A DNA stretch of 64,000 nucleotides, taken from contig DAHXMV010000001.1 of NCBI GenBank assembly GCA_027371535.1, positions 253,259 through 317,258 of the forward strand. The letters are read 5' to 3'. Source of the stretch: Candidatus Amesbacteria bacterium. GTDB taxonomy: Bacteria; Patescibacteriota; Microgenomatia; CAZETR01; Amesbacteraceae. The translations under genes were made by a program, and so were the position numbers. Below, in pieces: positions 60,707 to 64,000 of this stretch. Position 1 is the first letter of the stretch. The number at the start of each line of letters is the position of its first letter. A model generated the notes under the pieces. It had not been told where the DNA came from. It saw only the letters and a list, made by a program, of their open reading frames with translations, and did no database searches.

Positions 60707-60781
60707 AACAAAGCTTGTATTTAAAACATTAAAAACCGGCCAGTGGTGAAATGACCGGCTTTTTTCAAATTCAAATACAGA

Positions 60782-61135
60782 CTAATTGAATCTGCGATTG
60801 CGGTTTCCGCTATGGAATCCGTCGCGGCTGCCGCCGGATCTGGGACCTGAACGATTGGATCTGTCAAAACCCGGTCCGGAGGATTCAGTTTTCGGCCTGG
60901 CTTCGTTGACGATCAGTTTTCTGCCGTCCATTTCAGCACCGTTTAGCTTTTTTACAGCTTCCGCAGCTTCGGCGTCCGTGGACATTTCCACAAACCCGAA
61001 ACCCTTGGACTTTCCGGTAAACCTATCGATGATGACGTTGGCGGAGATGACCGTGCCGGCCTGGGCAAAAAACGTTTTTAATACGTCTTCAGTCGCCGAC
61101 CATGGTAACCCACCCACGAATAATTTATTTGCCAT
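60782..61135 (-). CDS. RNA-binding protein with RRM domain and Arg/Gly-rich tail
   Basis: RNP2 LFVGGL and RNP1 KGFGFVEM, with a C-terminal RSGGSRDGFHSGNRNRR tail. Confidence 0.8.
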   Translation of the reverse strand: MANKLFVGGLPWSATEDVLKTFFAQAGTVISANVIIDRFTGKSKGFGFVEMSTDAEAAEAVKKLNGAEMDGRKLIVNEARPKTESSGPGFDRSNRSGPRSGGSRDGFHSGNRNRRFN

Positions 61136-61565
61136 TAAACTTGTTCACCTCGATTCCTGTAAGCAATCTCTTTACAAACTGTTTTTCCTCGAACGTTCTT
61201 ATGTGAACAAGAATAGGCTCTGCGGTTATCTAAATGTAGCTGTAAAAAAGAATACTGGTAATGATTATACACTATCAGGGGGATAAAGATCAGTGCAGGA
61301 GGGCTTTGTTTATGGCTTCACGGATGTTTTTGCCGCTAAACCAACCGCCGAGGTGAACCAGGACCGGTTTATTTTTATACCAATCATCCAGGTAGCATTT
61401 ATTAATATGTCCGCCTTTTTGCAGAAATTTCGCAACGAGCTGGTCAATTTCAGTAGTCGTAATTATCTATCAGTATATCACTAATATCCAGTCTCCAAAT
61501 CCCAATAATTTTTAATGAGACCGGAAACGATGGTTTGGGTCAGGATTTGATGATATACTCTGGGA

Positions 61566-61895
61566 ATGGGAAATTTTCAGGGCGGCGGTTTTAACCGGGA
61601 CAGGAGATCGTTCGGCGGCAGAAGAAACACGGGGGACAGGCAGATGTTTAAGGCCGTGTGCAGCAATTGCGGTAAAGATTGCGAAGTGCCTTTTAAACCG
61701 ACAGGCGAAAAACCCGTCTATTGCAGCGACTGCTTTGCAAAAATGGGCGGAAGCGACAGGAGAGCTTTTGACAGACCAAGAAGAGATGAGCGGGGCCCCG
61801 GAGATGACAAGTATAAAGTTTTATTGGAATCGGTGGATGCCAAACTGGATAAGATTCTAAATCTTCTTCAACCCGGTCCGGAACAAACTTCCTGA
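61566..61895 (+). CDS. Small zinc-ribbon protein with Arg/Gly-rich N-terminus
   Basis: CSNCGKDC...YCSDCF (CxxC-x18-CxxC). N-terminal GGGFNRDRRSFGGRR. Confidence 0.4.
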   Translation: MGNFQGGGFNRDRRSFGGRRNTGDRQMFKAVCSNCGKDCEVPFKPTGEKPVYCSDCFAKMGGSDRRAFDRPRRDERGPGDDKYKVLLESVDAKLDKILNLLQPGPEQTS

Positions 61896-61908
61896 GTCCG
61901 GATTGAAA

Positions 61909-62346
61909 CTACTTCTCTATGGCCAGATTTTCTGCTAACCAGGCGTTATATCCCCCGTCCATATCAGAAACATTTTTAAACCCCTTATTTTGCATAATGG
62001 TGAGAGCCAACCCGGAGCGGTGGCCGGTCCGGCAGTAGATCAGATATTTTCCGTTTTTATCCAGTGTGTCCAGATAATCCGAAAACTGCTGGGTTTGATA
62101 ATAGTCAATTTGTTTTGCGTTTTTCAGATGACCGGCCTGATGTTCTTCCGCCGTCCTGATATCCAGCAACGTGTATTCCCCGGAAGCGAGCGCCGAATTA
62201 AACAGTTGGGGAGCAATATGCGAATAGGCCGGCAGACCGCCGGTCACTTTCTGTGGTGTTTTTACCGGACCAGTCCCGGATGTAATCATCGCCCCGGCTG
62301 CAAACGAGGCAACTATCAGCAGGCAAAAAATGACTATCTTTTTCAT
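61909..62346 (-). CDS. Rhodanese-domain sulfurtransferase (secreted or lipoprotein-like)
   Basis: Signal peptide, LLDIRTAEE, and the active-site Cys loop YCRTGHRSG. Confidence 0.75.
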   Translation of the reverse strand: MKKIVIFCLLIVASFAAGAMITSGTGPVKTPQKVTGGLPAYSHIAPQLFNSALASGEYTLLDIRTAEEHQAGHLKNAKQIDYYQTQQFSDYLDTLDKNGKYLIYCRTGHRSGLALTIMQNKGFKNVSDMDGGYNAWLAENLAIEK

Positions 62347-62765
62347 ACCGTGGGATAACCTTTCACTCTCCAGGCCAATAATCCATTGGCCATATCATAA
62401 ACTTGTTTATAACCCAATTTAATCATTGTATCTACAGCGTAAATACTTCTGGAGCCGCTTAAACAGTAGACATATATGACTGCGTTTTTATCCGGAATAA
62501 CCGATCCGATTTTGGAGGCTACTTCATCGACCGGCAGGTTAATACTGGCGGCAATTTTTCCCCGGGAATATTCTCCCACGGTCCGGACGTCAAGCAAAAT
62601 AAAGTTTTTGCCGGTGTCAACTGCCGACTTTACGTCATCAGCTGAAACCCGGGGCACGGTCGGACCGGTATTGTCAAACATTTTCCTTATCTTTGGTTTT
62701 CCGGGTAGATATTCCCAAAACAGCGTAAAGGCCGCAAAAACCAATAATTCCGGTAACCAATGCAA
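62343..62765 (-). CDS. Rhodanese-domain protein
   Basis: LLDVRTVGEY and the active-site loop YCLSGSRS. The start is probably an internal Met (MFDNTG...). Confidence 0.7.
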   Translation of the reverse strand: MHWLPELLVFAAFTLFWEYLPGKPKIRKMFDNTGPTVPRVSADDVKSAVDTGKNFILLDVRTVGEYSRGKIAASINLPVDEVASKIGSVIPDKNAVIYVYCLSGSRSIYAVDTMIKLGYKQVYDMANGLLAWRVKGYPTV

Positions 62766-62904
62766 TGGCTCCGATTACATACAGGACAGTTGATAGGGTG
62801 CCCGTAAACACAAAGCGGGCTGCTGCAAAAGCCATGATACCCATGATCACTCTGATTGTCCGGTCAATGGTGCTTTCATTTTGTTTCATAAGTGGACAAG
62901 ACAT
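62674..62904 (-). CDS. DUF2892 (YgaP-like) small membrane protein
   Basis: 76 aa, two TM helices, ...DRTIRVIMGI... pattern. Commonly rhodanese-associated. Confidence 0.5.
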   Translation of the reverse strand: MSCPLMKQNESTIDRTIRVIMGIMAFAAARFVFTGTLSTVLYVIGAIALVTGIIGFCGLYAVLGISTRKTKDKENV

Positions 62905-63035
62905 AGTTTAACTCACCTCCAGTATTTGCAAAAGTTGGGGTTTAAGCCATGAAGATATATTAGCATATGCTAATATTATGTCAAGATATCCAGTCTGCTG
63001 ACCGGATATGGTAAAAAATTATATAATGGGGGGTG

Positions 63036-64000
63036 ATGGCAAGTCCGGGGGCTAAGCTAAACATCGATCCTGAAGCGCTTAAAAACCTGAAACTGGTGGC
63101 TGTGGCATATTCATTTGTCCAGCGGGAGCTCTTCCCGACCCAGCAGGCATATGTAGCGGAAGCCGAAGTGGAGGAGCGGGCCCGCCAGGTGTTGGACGAA
63201 GTTAAAAAATTGGGCCTGGTGGCCAAAGGCTATCCGGCCGACCAGTATTTTCTGACCAATATCATTATCGACCGGCCGGATGTAATCATTAATCTGGTAG
63301 ACACTGTCCGGGGCCGGGATAAACTGTCATCCGCGGTTCCTGCTTTTCTGGAATATGCCAATATCCAGTACACCGGCTGCGGCATTACCGGCCTGGTTGT
63401 CGGGGGAAACCGGCACCTGTTTAAACAATTGCTGGAAATAAATCACATTCCCACCCCGGAATATAAATTTATCAAAGACCTCCGTTCAAATACCCCGCCC
63501 GATTTTGATCCCCCGTATATTGTCAAACTGAACGAAAGCGGCGGCAGTGTGGGGATTGATAACCATGCGGTCAAGGAAACCAAAGAGGGCATACTGCACA
63601 AGGTGGAAGAAATAATCGGCAAATATAAAATTCCGGTATTAATTGAGAAATTCATCGACGGCGAGGAAATAACCGCCGTGGTTTTTGATGACGGGACAAA
63701 AAGACATGTCTTTCTGGCAAAGAAAAAGTTCGGTATCAAACCCGACGGCCGTCATGAATTTACCAGCCAGGAAAGTTATGAGGAAGTAAATGCCTACAAG
63801 TATGAACCTGTTGATGAGGAAACCGAATCCAAAGTGGCTGAATTCTGCGTGAAAGCCTTTGAATCACTGAGATTCATTGACTATGCCAAATTTGACATCA
63901 GACTGTCCGCGGACGAACATATCCCCTATATCATAGATTGCAACCCCAATACAGCCTTCGGACCGGATTTGGGCCTGCCGATGACTGACGTGATGCGCCT
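63036..64000 (+). CDS. Partial (continues past window end) ATP-grasp ligase, D-Ala-D-Ala-ligase-like
   Basis: Not in the ORF track because it runs off the window edge. ATG at 63036 preceded by GGGGGTG. ATP-grasp motifs PYIVKLNESGGSVGI and IDCNPNTAFGP. Confidence 0.55.
   Translation, partial: MASPGAKLNIDPEALKNLKLVAVAYSFVQRELFPTQQAYVAEAEVEERARQVLDEVKKLGLVAKGYPADQYFLTNIIIDRPDVIINLVDTVRGRDKLSSAVPAFLEYANIQYTGCGITGLVVGGNRHLFKQLLEINHIPTPEYKFIKDLRSNTPPDFDPPYIVKLNESGGSVGIDNHAVKETKEGILHKVEEIIGKYKIPVLIEKFIDGEEITAVVFDDGTKRHVFLAKKKFGIKPDGRHEFTSQESYEEVNAYKYEPVDEETESKVAEFCVKAFESLRFIDYAKFDIRLSADEHIPYIIDCNPNTAFGPDLGLPMTDVMR

Noticed and set aside
62998-63027. CTGACC-N18-TATAAT promoter-like sequence upstream of the partial ATP-grasp gene
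   Set aside because: The -10 element ends only 8 nt before the ATG, leaving no room for a leader and SD unless the mRNA is leaderless. Too uncertain to list as a feature.

Overview
This 64-kb window looks like it comes from a small-genome, CPR/Patescibacteria-like bacterium, an inference from gene content only. It is densely coding, roughly 45-50% GC by eye, with two visibly AT-richer patches. Contents in order: (1) an alpha-glucan/glycogen module on the minus strand (partial secreted GH31-like hydrolase, GH13 enzyme, GH57 enzyme, GT4 glycogen-synthase-like transferase) with a divergent ROK glucokinase. (2) Lon protease, a PAP2 phosphatase and an L,D-transpeptidase. (3) An eight-gene type IV pilus operon on the minus strand: pilB, pilC, four prepilin-type proteins including a 670-aa one, a PilX-like protein, a LytR_C-domain membrane protein and the major pilin. 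(4) A coiled-coil protein, a SAM methyltransferase, two phosphodiester-glycosidase-like surface proteins, a FecR-like protein and a cupin. (5) An AT-rich two-gene islet (papain-like Cys-peptidase and RimL-like GNAT) with an identical 31-bp direct repeat starting at the stop codon of each gene. (6) A complete F1Fo ATP synthase operon atpBEFHAGDC with a short delta subunit, preceded by an unknown 232-aa protein in the atpI position. (7) A NADPH-dependent FMN reductase, DUF4342, two acyltransferase-3 membrane proteins flanking a DUF192 gene, and an SDR. (8) A class A PBP (PbpC-like) immediately followed by a 2119-aa N-terminally membrane-anchored alpha-2-macroglobulin homologue with a CTEQ thioester motif. 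This protein carries a 130-aa Hint/mini-intein-like domain (Cys1, TxxH block, terminal His-Asn) inserted exactly at the bait region, just upstream of the conserved FPETxxW motif. This is the most notable observation. (9) An Er-VIT1 iron transporter and a RelA/SpoT homologue. (10) An AT-richer five-gene enzyme cluster (enolase-superfamily enzyme, GCS2-like ligase, group II PLP decarboxylase, class I/II aminotransferase, M20 deacylase). Its plus-strand unit is preceded by a promoter-like sequence, a 17-codon leader ORF and an intrinsic-terminator hairpin, which together resemble an attenuator. (11) Two CYTH-like proteins, a bPH_2 protein, an alpha/beta hydrolase, a GNAT, an RRM protein, a zinc-ribbon protein, tandem rhodaneses with DUF2892, and a partial ATP-grasp ligase at the 3' edge. 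No rRNA, tRNA, CRISPR array, transposase or integrase was recognised. All calls rest on reading the translated ORFs and the raw sequence by eye; no database search was run.
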